Numbered from the stretch's first letter, positions 7,393-15,552 are shown. The stretch: 32,000 nt of DNA from Chlamydiota bacterium (GCA_016196885.1 JACPWU010000032.1:25775-57774), one strand, 5' to 3'. Program-made: numbers and translations. Notes: generated by a model not told the origin, from the sequence alone.

Positions 7393-9165
7393 TTATTTCC
7401 TCTTAAACATCTTTGCTAAATCGTTGGCGGTAAATTTAATCAACGTCGGCCGTCCGTGGGGGCAGGTGTAGGGGAGTTCCAGGGTGAGAAGATCGTCCAC
7501 CAATCTTTCAATTTCTTCAGAGGTCATGGTGTCATGCGCCTTCACTGCACTTTTACAGGCCCTCAGCATGATCTTTTCTTCCAATTGAGACTCATTGAAT
7601 GAAAAAGTTTTTCGAAGTGTCTTTAAATCATCCAAAATATCGAGGATCAATTCCTTCAACTGCTGCGTCTGGCAATAGGATGGCACTTGATTGATGAGAA
7701 GGGCCCCGTCTCCAAATTCTTCAAGACCAAAACCCAAGTTTTTTAAAAGCCCTTGATGCTCCAAAAGCAGTCCATGATCTTCTCTCGCCAACTCAAAATT
7801 TGTAGGCAAGAGAAGCGGCTGAACCTCTAATTTTCGTGAGCGCCAGTCCTTCAAATATTTTTCATAGAGCACCCGCTCATGGGCTGCATGTTGATCCATC
7901 AAGGAAAGACCATCCTCCCACTCAATCACCCAATACAAATCATCAAAACACCCCAAAACCCGAAAGGAACGAACTCTTTGTGGAAAATTCTCAAGCGCCG
8001 CTTCTTGAGAGAGCGCTCCTTCACTCTTGCCTGAGCCGTGTCTATCCATGGACTTTACCCAGAGACGGGGAGCAGGGCTTTCCTTCATTTCACTCGAGTG
8101 TGATTGAGATTGAAAATAAGTGCCAACCGCCTCTCGAACGCGGTCCGGCCAGACCGAAGGGGTTGAAGGAGAAGATGGGGCATAGGAAATGGAGAGGGCC
8201 CGCCGGACAGCCTCTCTCAATTGATCCTGTACAATGGAAGGACTCTTGAAACGCACCTCTCTTTTTGCCGGATGTACATTCACATCCACCTCTCGTGGAT
8301 CGATCTGGATCAAAAGAAAGGCCAGAGGGCGCTTGGCCTCCGGGAGAAGAGAATGAAACGAGGCCTCCAAGGCATAGCTCAAGGCCGGCGATTTCACGGG
8401 GCGGCCATTGACGAAAAAAAATTGATAAGAGCGATCCCCCCTCGCCATTTTGGGATGGGACACGTAGCCTTTGACTTGAAGGGTTTCTCCTTTAAAATCT
8501 AAGCCCATCCATTCTTCTCCCAATCCCTGATAAATATTTTTAATGCGGGAAAGCAAATCCTGATTCGGGGCTACATCCATCAAAGATCGTTCACATTCTC
8601 TCAATTGAAAACCCACATCGGATCTGGCCAAGGCATGATGGGCCATCACTTCAAACACATGATTTAATTCTGTCTGAGGGCTCTTCAAAAACTTTAATCG
8701 GGCCGGTGTATTCCAAAAAAGATCTCGAATCTCGACGGTGGTTCCGACAGGGGCTCCTACCTCCAAACAATCCAGAACCTTTCCCCCTTCCACACGCAAC
8801 CGATGCGCCACGACACTGTCTTTCGTCCTCGTCGTGATTTCCATCCTTGAAACGGCCGCGATGCTGTAAAGCGCCTCTCCTCGAAAGCCGAGGCTGGTGA
8901 TGGCATCCATGTCCTCGACCCTTTGAATTTTACTTGTGGTATGGCGCTGGACAGAAATCAACAAATCCTCTTTCTCCATCCCCATCCCATCATCGCCCAA
9001 GCGAATCAAGAGCCGACCCGCCCCACGCAGCTCAAGTGAGATTTTCTTCGCCCGAGCGTCCAAGGCATTTTCCACCAGCTCTTTCACCACGGAGGCCGGC
9101 CTCTCCACCACTTCTCCTGCCGCAATGCGTTTGATGATTTCCTCGTCGAGAATGTGAATGTTCAT
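7393..9165 (-). CDS. mutL: DNA mismatch repair protein MutL
   Basis: The GHKL ATPase N-terminus is IAAGEVVERPASVVKELVENALDA. The C-terminal dimerisation domain is present. The gene overlaps the mutS stop by 4 nt. Confidence 0.95.
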   Translation of the reverse strand: MNIHILDEEIIKRIAAGEVVERPASVVKELVENALDARAKKISLELRGAGRLLIRLGDDGMGMEKEDLLISVQRHTTSKIQRVEDMDAITSLGFRGEALYSIAAVSRMEITTRTKDSVVAHRLRVEGGKVLDCLEVGAPVGTTVEIRDLFWNTPARLKFLKSPQTELNHVFEVMAHHALARSDVGFQLRECERSLMDVAPNQDLLSRIKNIYQGLGEEWMGLDFKGETLQVKGYVSHPKMARGDRSYQFFFVNGRPVKSPALSYALEASFHSLLPEAKRPLAFLLIQIDPREVDVNVHPAKREVRFKSPSIVQDQLREAVRRALSISYAPSSPSTPSVWPDRVREAVGTYFQSQSHSSEMKESPAPRLWVKSMDRHGSGKSEGALSQEAALENFPQRVRSFRVLGCFDDLYWVIEWEDGLSLMDQHAAHERVLYEKYLKDWRSRKLEVQPLLLPTNFELAREDHGLLLEHQGLLKNLGFGLEEFGDGALLINQVPSYCQTQQLKELILDILDDLKTLRKTFSFNESQLEEKIMLRACKSAVKAHDTMTSEEIERLVDDLLTLELPYTCPHGRPTLIKFTANDLAKMFKRK

Positions 9166-11789
9166 TTCACAAACCTCTCCTTTAACTCCTTTAATTTCAA
9201 AAGCGCTTCCATCGGCGTCAAATAATCCACTTCAACCTCTTTCAAGGCCTGCGTCAAACCCTCTCGCCCATCAAAAAGCGAAAGCTGTCGCGGTCCCTCA
9301 TCTCGCTCGACCCATGAACGGGCTTTCTCAAGAGGCGTCATTTCCTCCAGGCGAACGGCCCCCTCCTCCAAACAAGACAAAATCCCCTTCGCCCTTTCAA
9401 TCACCGGTTTCGGAAGTCCGGCGAGACGTGCCACATGAATGCCGTAGCTTTTATCTGCAGCCCCCTTCACAATTTTTCGGACAAAAATAATCTGATCATT
9501 CCATTCCCGCACCAGCACATTATAATTTTTCACGCCTGCAAGCGTCAGCTCTAAATCCGTCAATTCATGATAATGTGTTGCAAAAAGAGTTCTCGCCTTC
9601 ACCTCCGGATCGTTGTGAAGATATTCGGCCACCGCCCAGGCAATGGAAATCCCGTCAAAGGTACTGGTCCCCCGCCCAATCTCATCTAAGATCACGAGGC
9701 TTCGGCTCGTCGCATGATGCAAAATATTCGCCGTCTCATTCATTTCTACCATAAAGGTGCTCTGCCCGCGCGCCAATTCATCGCTCGCCCCAATGCGCGT
9801 AAAAATCTGATCCACCCAACCGATCACCGCCCGCTTGGCCGGCACGAAACTGCCCATCTGGGCCATGAGCACCATCAAGGCCACTTGCCGAAGATAGGTG
9901 GATTTCCCAGCCATGTTAGGCCCTGTAATGACCAAAATCTGATTTTCATGAAGATCGAGAAAGGTATCATTGGGGACAAATTTTTCAGACAATGAAATCT
10001 GCTCCACGACGGGGTGTCGCCCCTCCTCAATGTCAATCGAGTCCGAATCATTCACCTCGGGACGGACATAATCATTTTTAAGCGCCACGAGCGTGAGCGA
10101 GACAAGAACATCCAAAGTAGCTATGGCCTGAGCAATTTTCTGAATGGAAACGGTATCACGCTTCACCTCTTCCCTCACTTTAAGAAAAATTTCATACTCC
10201 AGCTCCTGGCTTTTCCCCTGAGCGCCTAAAACCTTCTCTTCATAATTTTTCAGCTCCTGCGTGATGAAGCGCTCGGCATTGCTGAGCGTCTGCTTACGAA
10301 TGTAATCGGCCGGCACTTGCGCCAAATTGGGACTCGTTACCTCAATGTAATAACCAAAGACCCGATTGTAACCTACTTTTAGAGATTTAATCCCCGTGCG
10401 CCCGATTTCTTTTTTCTGAAGCTCACTAATCCAGTCCTTCCCGCTCTTCGCAATTTCACGCAACTCATCTAGGGTAGAATCATAACCCCTGCGAATCAGC
10501 CCACCCTCTCTCAAAGTCAAAGGAGGATCCTCCACAATCGCCTCTCGAATCAACTTCATCAATTCTTTTAAATCCACGAGATCCCTCGCAACCCCTCTTA
10601 AAATCAGGCTTTCAAAGGGAGCAAGGATCTCCCGAATGGAGGGGAGCACTTCTAAAGATAAAGAAAGCGCCACCAAGTCCCTCGCATTCGCAAACCCACA
10701 ATGAATCCGGCTTGTCAGACGCTCCAAATCCCTCACCTGTACAAGGGCCTCTCTCAATTTCTCCAGCTCGAGCCCCAGCGCCGAGAGCTCAATGATCCCC
10801 TCTTGTCTCTCTCTAATCTTTTCCAAATCCAAAAGCGGATGCGTGATCCAATGACGCAAGAGCCGAGTCCCCATCGCTGTGCGCGTCTGATCCAAAACCC
10901 AAAGCAGCGTCCCTTTATTTCCCTCCTGGGGATGAAGATTTTCCAGAAGCTCTAGATTTCTCAAAGTCGCCCTGTCCAATCCCAAAGAATCATGCCTCCG
11001 GTAGGAAAGGAGGCGACCCACATGATGGACCCCATTTCCCAAAGTCTCTTTCACATAATTCAAGGCGAGGCCCGCCGCCACAATTCCCAGCGTCATGTCG
11101 CGGCAGCCAAAGCCGTCCAGCGACTGCACATGAAAATGTTCCTTTAGAATGGCAAGACACGTTTCAAAATCATATTTCCAATCTTCTATCAGACTCACCA
11201 TCATTCGGGGAAGCTCTCTGGCGAGTAAATTCCTAAAAGCCCCATCGCCAGCCAACCCTTGAGAAATGAGACATTCGCTGGGAGAAATCCGAATCAACTC
11301 CCTTGTCACATCTTCAATGGAAACGAGTTCCGTCACCTGAAATTCACCTGTTGTAATATCGATAAAACTCAAACCGAACGCCTCTCCCCGAAGGGCAAGA
11401 GACGCAAGAAAATTATTTTTCTTATCGGCGACGACCCCTGCCTCTATCACCGTCCCCGGCGTGATGGTCCGAATCACCTCCCGCTTCACAATCCCCTTCG
11501 CTGCCTTAGGATCCTCCATCTGCTCACAAATCGCCACCTTCATCCCAGCCGATAAAAGCTTCGCAATATAGGATTCTGCCGCGTGATAGGGAATGCCGCA
11601 CATGGGCGCCTTGTAGCCCGGGGCGGCCTCGCGGGCAGTCAAGGCAATGTTCAAAACGCGAGAGGCCTTCTGGGCATCTTCAAAAAACATTTCGTAAAAA
11701 TCACCCAAGCGGAAAAAGAGAATGGAATCGGGATGATTTTGTTTCACCCCTTTATACTGCTGCATCATGGGTGTCAGTGTGCCTTCCAT
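9162..11789 (-). CDS. mutS: DNA mismatch repair protein MutS
   Basis: The 875-aa product has the mismatch-binding N-terminus GDFYEMF, the Walker A GPNMAGKST, and DEIGRGTSTFDG. Confidence 0.95.
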   Translation of the reverse strand: MEGTLTPMMQQYKGVKQNHPDSILFFRLGDFYEMFFEDAQKASRVLNIALTAREAAPGYKAPMCGIPYHAAESYIAKLLSAGMKVAICEQMEDPKAAKGIVKREVIRTITPGTVIEAGVVADKKNNFLASLALRGEAFGLSFIDITTGEFQVTELVSIEDVTRELIRISPSECLISQGLAGDGAFRNLLARELPRMMVSLIEDWKYDFETCLAILKEHFHVQSLDGFGCRDMTLGIVAAGLALNYVKETLGNGVHHVGRLLSYRRHDSLGLDRATLRNLELLENLHPQEGNKGTLLWVLDQTRTAMGTRLLRHWITHPLLDLEKIRERQEGIIELSALGLELEKLREALVQVRDLERLTSRIHCGFANARDLVALSLSLEVLPSIREILAPFESLILRGVARDLVDLKELMKLIREAIVEDPPLTLREGGLIRRGYDSTLDELREIAKSGKDWISELQKKEIGRTGIKSLKVGYNRVFGYYIEVTSPNLAQVPADYIRKQTLSNAERFITQELKNYEEKVLGAQGKSQELEYEIFLKVREEVKRDTVSIQKIAQAIATLDVLVSLTLVALKNDYVRPEVNDSDSIDIEEGRHPVVEQISLSEKFVPNDTFLDLHENQILVITGPNMAGKSTYLRQVALMVLMAQMGSFVPAKRAVIGWVDQIFTRIGASDELARGQSTFMVEMNETANILHHATSRSLVILDEIGRGTSTFDGISIAWAVAEYLHNDPEVKARTLFATHYHELTDLELTLAGVKNYNVLVREWNDQIIFVRKIVKGAADKSYGIHVARLAGLPKPVIERAKGILSCLEEGAVRLEEMTPLEKARSWVERDEGPRQLSLFDGREGLTQALKEVEVDYLTPMEALLKLKELKERFVK

Positions 11790-11791
11790 GA

Positions 11792-12571
11792 TTACTCCTC
11801 CACAACATGACCCTTCACGTGAGTTACCTGCTCAATCTGAAAAAGGGCCTTACGGGCCTCAACCCTTTTTGAAAACGCCCCTACCTTCAACCGATAAGCC
11901 TTGGCTCCCTGAAAATGGATTTCCTCAAGCTGATAAGGATACCGTAAGTTCTTTATTTTTGTAACCAATCTTTCCGCATTCACCTTCACATGAAAAATAC
12001 CCATTTGAATGAAGTACCCCCTCGTTTTCGAAAGAGAGAGCCTCTCCCCCTTCACCTTCAAGGCCTCGTAACTCTCTGGGAAACGACTCAAAATTTGCTG
12101 AAAGTATCTTCTAGCCTTTTCAGTGTCCCCTTTTTCTTTCCAAATCATCCCTATTTGATAAAGCAAATAGGACCCATTCGCCGAATGGCCTGAAGCCCAA
12201 AGATCTTCATATTGGGAAAGTGCACTTTCCTTTTCTCCCACATAACAAAGGCTGTCTGCAATCCCCAAAGCGGCTTCCTCTTGCAAAGCCAAATCTGATG
12301 ACTTCTCCTTCACAGCTTCAAAAACCACCCGAGCCTCATTGTACTTTTCCAAGGTCATCAAGGCGCATCCCTTCCAATAAGAAACCTCCCAACCAGAGGA
12401 AGCGCTTGGAAACTGCTCCAAAAAAACATTATAAAGCCTCACCGCCTCCAAAAAATCCCCAGACAAATAAGCCGCCTCGGCCTTTTCCAAAGCCTGATCA
12501 GAAGCGGTTTGGGAAAAGAGGGAGGGAAGGAAGAGAAAGAAAATAAGAACCGTTTTCAAGGATAATTTCAT
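11792..12571 (-). CDS. Secreted TPR plus SPOR domain protein
   Basis: A signal peptide and YbgF-like TPR repeats are followed by a C-terminal SPOR-like segment (GYFIQMGIFHVKVNAERL...YRLKVGAF). The stop abuts the mutS start. Confidence 0.8.
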   Translation of the reverse strand: MKLSLKTVLIFFLFLPSLFSQTASDQALEKAEAAYLSGDFLEAVRLYNVFLEQFPSASSGWEVSYWKGCALMTLEKYNEARVVFEAVKEKSSDLALQEEAALGIADSLCYVGEKESALSQYEDLWASGHSANGSYLLYQIGMIWKEKGDTEKARRYFQQILSRFPESYEALKVKGERLSLSKTRGYFIQMGIFHVKVNAERLVTKIKNLRYPYQLEEIHFQGAKAYRLKVGAFSKRVEARKALFQIEQVTHVKGHVVEE

Positions 12572-12592
12572 GCTCTAAGCGTCTACGTTACT

Positions 12593-12865
12593 TAAAATTC
12601 AAAAATCAAACATCAAAATGCAAAATGACATATCAATTTTAATGATCTTTCGAGATCATCATGGAGGATGAAAGTCCTCCTCATCATGTTTTTTTGTAGT
12701 CGCCCGATTCATCGGGCAATCCATGCAAGGGGCACACGGCAGCCCCATAAATGGGGCGACTACAGAATGAGCTTCACTTTCATATCAAAAATCAAAATGT
12801 ATCTATGTCATGGTCTTGAGAACTATTTAAATTTTGATTTTTGAACTTTGTCATCATGAACTTTT
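12593..12865. repeat. Composite: AT-rich heptad-word inverted repeat interrupted by a family A element
   Basis: Left heptads are CAAAAAT CAAACAT CAAAATG CAAAATG (12600-12627). Right heptads are ATTTTGA TTTTTGA ACTTTGT (12831-12851). TTCAAAAATCAAA (12598-12610) is the perfect reverse complement of TTTGATTTTTGAA (12833-12845). Confidence 0.6.
12696..12763. repeat. Family A double-hairpin core, copy 3
   Basis: The core reads GTAGTCGCCCGATTCATCGGGC...GCCCCATAAATGGGGCGACTAC. The adjoining GAATGAGCTTCACTTTCAT is also found, reverse-complemented, next to copy 4. Confidence 0.75.
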
Positions 12866-12932
12866 AGTCCACCCAAGTGGATGAAAATAAAGAACATTAT
12901 TGTACATTTTTTCTATTTTCATGACTGATTTA

Positions 12933-14249
12933 TTATTCTATCTCCCCATACAAAGCATAAGCCGAAATCCGAGAAATATGCACGTTCACCAGATTTCCGA
13001 TAACCTCCTCAGGCCCATCAAAAAAAACCATGCGATTATCCCGTGTTCGGCCACTCAAACGCCCCTTGCCCTTTTTATCTTGGCCTTCCACCAAAACCTC
13101 GACAGAGCGCCCCACAAAGTCTTGATTCTTCCCCTGCACAATCTCGTCATGAAGACTTAAAAGTCTTTGATGCCTTTCTTCCTTCACCTCTTCTGAAACC
13201 TGATCCACCCTTTCGCCCGCCGGCGTTCGGGAGCGCCTAGAATATTTAAAAATAAACGCCCCATCAAACTGAACCTCTCTAAAGACCCTGCAGGTTTCCT
13301 CAAAATCTTCTTCCGTCTCACCCGGGAAACCCACAATCGCATCTGTCGAAATAGCAATCCCTGATACTTTAGCCCTCGCCCTTTCAACCTTCTCCAAATA
13401 ACTCTCCCGCGTATAACCCCGCTTCATTTCCTGAAGTAAACGATTTGATCCCGCCTGAATGGGAAAATGCAAGGCCTCGCACACCTTTTCCAGACGATGC
13501 ATGGCATCCATCAATTCATCTCGAATGTCCACGGGATGGGAAGTGGTAAAGCGAATCCTCTCCAAGCCCTTGACCCGATTCAAAAGCCCCAGCAATTTGG
13601 GAAAACTAGAACGCATCTCTAAATCTCGGCCATAAGAATTAATATTTTGGCCCAAGAGCGTCACCTCTTTATAGCCCAGCGTCACCAGTTCCTCGACCTC
13701 TTTCAAAACATCCTCTGGAAGACGGCTCACCTCCCGACCCCTCACCCTCGGCACAATGCAAAAAGTACAATTGTGATTGCACCCCCTCATCACAGAAATC
13801 CACGCCGTCACCCCCGACCTACGATGCTTCGGGACATCGGCCGACATCACCCAGCGGGGATTTTCCACTTGAAGCAAATGTTTTTGACCCTCTAACGCCT
13901 CCTGAACAAGGGTTGGAAGGCTGAGGATATCATTGGGCCCACAAACCAAATCCAAAGCTGGAATTTTCTTAAAAAGCTCTTCTTTCATATTCTGGGCCAT
14001 GCAGCCGCAAATCCCAAGAACCAGATCCGGACGTGATCTTTTCAACTTTGAAAGAATGCCTGCCTTGCCCAACACTTTCTGTTCAGCCAAATCCCGCACA
14101 CTGCAGGTATTGAGCAAAATCACATCCGCCTCTTTTTCTGAGAGAGCCGGAACAAGCCCATTCTCCATCAAAAGGCCTTCTATCGCCTCAGAATCATATA
14201 CATTCATCTGACAACCATAAGTCTTAATATGAAAAGTCTTTGAGTTCAT
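12933..14249 (-). CDS. miaB: tRNA-2-methylthio-N6-dimethylallyladenosine synthase
   Basis: The N-terminus is YGCQMNVYDSE, the radical-SAM motif is CNHNCTFC, and a C-terminal TRAM region is present. Confidence 0.95.
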   Translation of the reverse strand: MNSKTFHIKTYGCQMNVYDSEAIEGLLMENGLVPALSEKEADVILLNTCSVRDLAEQKVLGKAGILSKLKRSRPDLVLGICGCMAQNMKEELFKKIPALDLVCGPNDILSLPTLVQEALEGQKHLLQVENPRWVMSADVPKHRRSGVTAWISVMRGCNHNCTFCIVPRVRGREVSRLPEDVLKEVEELVTLGYKEVTLLGQNINSYGRDLEMRSSFPKLLGLLNRVKGLERIRFTTSHPVDIRDELMDAMHRLEKVCEALHFPIQAGSNRLLQEMKRGYTRESYLEKVERARAKVSGIAISTDAIVGFPGETEEDFEETCRVFREVQFDGAFIFKYSRRSRTPAGERVDQVSEEVKEERHQRLLSLHDEIVQGKNQDFVGRSVEVLVEGQDKKGKGRLSGRTRDNRMVFFDGPEEVIGNLVNVHISRISAYALYGEIE

Positions 14250-14295
14250 ATTTATTTACAAATTTGCACGAATCCAGAACTAATAAAAACTGAAT

Positions 14296-14415
14296 AGGCC
14301 TATGCACTTGACTCAACCGTCAAACGTAGTCGCCCGATTTATCGGGCAGTCCATACATGGCCCCATAAATGGGGCGACTACATATGGACGACACTTGAGT
14401 CAAATGCATATGCCT
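14296..14415. mobile_element. MITE-like element, family A copy 2
   Basis: The TIR is GGCCTATGCACTTGACTCAA (14297-14316) vs 14395-14414, matching 18/20. The core is at 14326-14381. The element is flanked by the 10-bp direct repeat AAAACTGAAT (14286-14295 and 14416-14425). Confidence 0.6.
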
Positions 14416-14448
14416 AAAACTGAATTTTACGTTCGGTAGAGGACACCT

Positions 14449-14616
14449 ATGTTACACACCTATGTTATGTCACGGATTCCTCCCTTGCCAAGCCCAATCT
14501 TTGGCATTCCCAATCATCTACCCGGACATCCCCATTTCCACGATACCGGGGTCATAGAACATGGGACGCCCGTGAAGGGAGAAACAGTCACTGGATCAGA
14601 AGAAGTCGCAGAATAA
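14449..14616 (+). CDS. Candidate 55-aa His/Pro-rich small ORF (below the ORF-track cutoff)
   Basis: ATG 14449 is preceded by GAGGA about 5 nt upstream. It translates to MLHTYVMSRIPPLPSPIFGIPNHLPGHPHFHDTGVIEHGTPVKGETVTGSEEVAE. A hairpin AAGAAAC...GTTTCTT follows at 14646-14679. I recognise no homology. Confidence 0.2.
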   Translation: MLHTYVMSRIPPLPSPIFGIPNHLPGHPHFHDTGVIEHGTPVKGETVTGSEEVAE

Positions 14617-14701
14617 ATACGAAGGCAAGCAGAAAAAAGCCTGCAAGAAACAGTCTGAGAAAAGCAGACCAGGTTTCTTTTACAGAAGACTCAAATAGAC
14701 T

Positions 14702-14887
14702 CTAGCCCGCATTTCTCATCACATTTCTGCTGCGAGCGCCAATTCTGCCTCGTCTGCATCGTCAGACTCGGTCGGCCACGCTCAACATACTGTAAAGTAT
14801 GCCTCGCATGGCCTCTGTCGTCTTCCTCGCATCCAAGGCAGACTCAGGCGTTCCTCGCGACGAAATCTGATGAGAAATGCGAGCTAG
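14702..14887 (-). ncRNA. 186-nt imperfect long hairpin, candidate 6S-like structured RNA (strand tentative)
   Basis: A 26-bp closing stem pairs 14702-14727 with 14862-14887 (24/26). A second stem pairs 14729-14749 with 14837-14861. The centre (about 14750-14773 vs 14814-14836) is poorly paired. The apical stem is CATACT-GTAA-AGTATG (14786-14801). Three C.A mismatches in the stems become G.U on the minus strand, versus one the other way. Confidence 0.35.
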
Positions 14888-15018
14888 GCAACTACAGGAG
14901 CAGCAGGAGCTGAAGCTGTTAATGCCGCAGCCTTTTTCAACTTAAGACCCTCTTTACGCCTTTTCAAACGAGCACGGCTTCGAGCCCTTTTAATGCGCCT
15001 GTTATACTGACGTCCCAT
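14884..15018 (-). CDS. 44-aa highly basic small protein (hypothetical)
   Basis: An AGGAG motif lies 7 nt upstream of ATG 15018. The product is MGRQYNRRIKRARSRARLKRRKEGLKLKKAAALTASAPAAPVVA, with 15 of the first 29 residues R/K. It has its own promoter, and the stop is embedded in the base of the 186-nt hairpin. Confidence 0.45.
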   Translation of the reverse strand: MGRQYNRRIKRARSRARLKRRKEGLKLKKAAALTASAPAAPVVA

Positions 15019-15044
15019 ATTTTTCTCCTTTTTTCTGGACAAGA

Positions 15045-15072
15045 GATATACCAAATTTTAGCCATCTTGCAA
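15045..15072 (-). promoter_or_regulatory. Promoter of the small basic ORF (extended -10 type)
   Basis: Read on the minus strand: TTGCAA (15072-15067), a 16-nt spacer ending in TGG, then TATATC (15050-15045). Confidence 0.5.
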
Positions 15073-15075
15073 ATT

Positions 15076-15111
15076 AAAAAGGCGGTCCGATGTAACATCA
15101 GACCGCCTTTT
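15076..15111 (-). terminator. Rho-independent terminator of the CxxC protein gene (hairpin flanked by A/T runs on both sides)
   Basis: The stem GGCGGTC(C)GATG / CATC(A)GACCGCC lies at 15081-15107. It is followed on the minus strand by TTTTT and on the plus strand by TTTT. Confidence 0.7.
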
Positions 15112-15137
15112 AAAAAAAAGCAAAAAAATCCCTTGGA

Positions 15138-15413
15138 TTATTCTGCTGCCTTATCTCCACCCTTTGCACACATATCGCAAAGTGCAATTTCGGCTTTACA
15201 AGCAGGACAAGTCATTTTGCTAACTTCGGATCCTGCCTTCATTTCGGTACCGCACATGGAACACTTCATTGTTTCAGTTAAAGTTGCAACAACAGGCTTT
15301 GTAGAAGAAGGAACCTCAGCCTTACACATGGGACATGTCACAGCTCCATAAGAAAGACTCCCAGCCAACAAAAGCCCCAACGCCAACGACCACAAGGTAC
15401 GATAAGATTTCAT
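15138..15413 (-). CDS. Secreted cysteine-rich protein with four CxxC motifs
   Basis: AAGGAGG lies upstream of ATG 15413. The signal peptide is MKSYRTLWSLALGLLLAGSLSYG. The motifs are CPMC, CSMC, CPAC and CDMC. There is an internal repeat TCPMCKAEV / TCPACKAEI. Confidence 0.7.
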   Translation of the reverse strand: MKSYRTLWSLALGLLLAGSLSYGAVTCPMCKAEVPSSTKPVVATLTETMKCSMCGTEMKAGSEVSKMTCPACKAEIALCDMCAKGGDKAAE

Positions 15414-15552
15414 CGAAACACAACCTCCTTTTTTAATCAGTTGAATGATTCACTCGTTATTCCCCCCAAAGGGATAACAGGGGACATACTACTAAAAAGA
15501 GAGGCGCTGTTCAATAAAATGATTGGAAGCACCACTTATAAGCAATGACACA

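Noticed and set aside
7836-9490. Plus-strand ORFs 7836-8249, 8221-8502, 8934-9157 and 9158-9490 (Pro/Ser/His-rich products).
   Set aside because: They lie entirely antisense to the well-supported mutL and mutS genes. Their composition is low-complexity and they have no start signals. They are typical shadow ORFs.
12220-12546. A 108-aa Pro/Lys-rich ORF on the plus strand.
   Set aside because: It is antisense to the SPOR/TPR gene. The repetitive P/K composition is the mirror image of that gene's codons.
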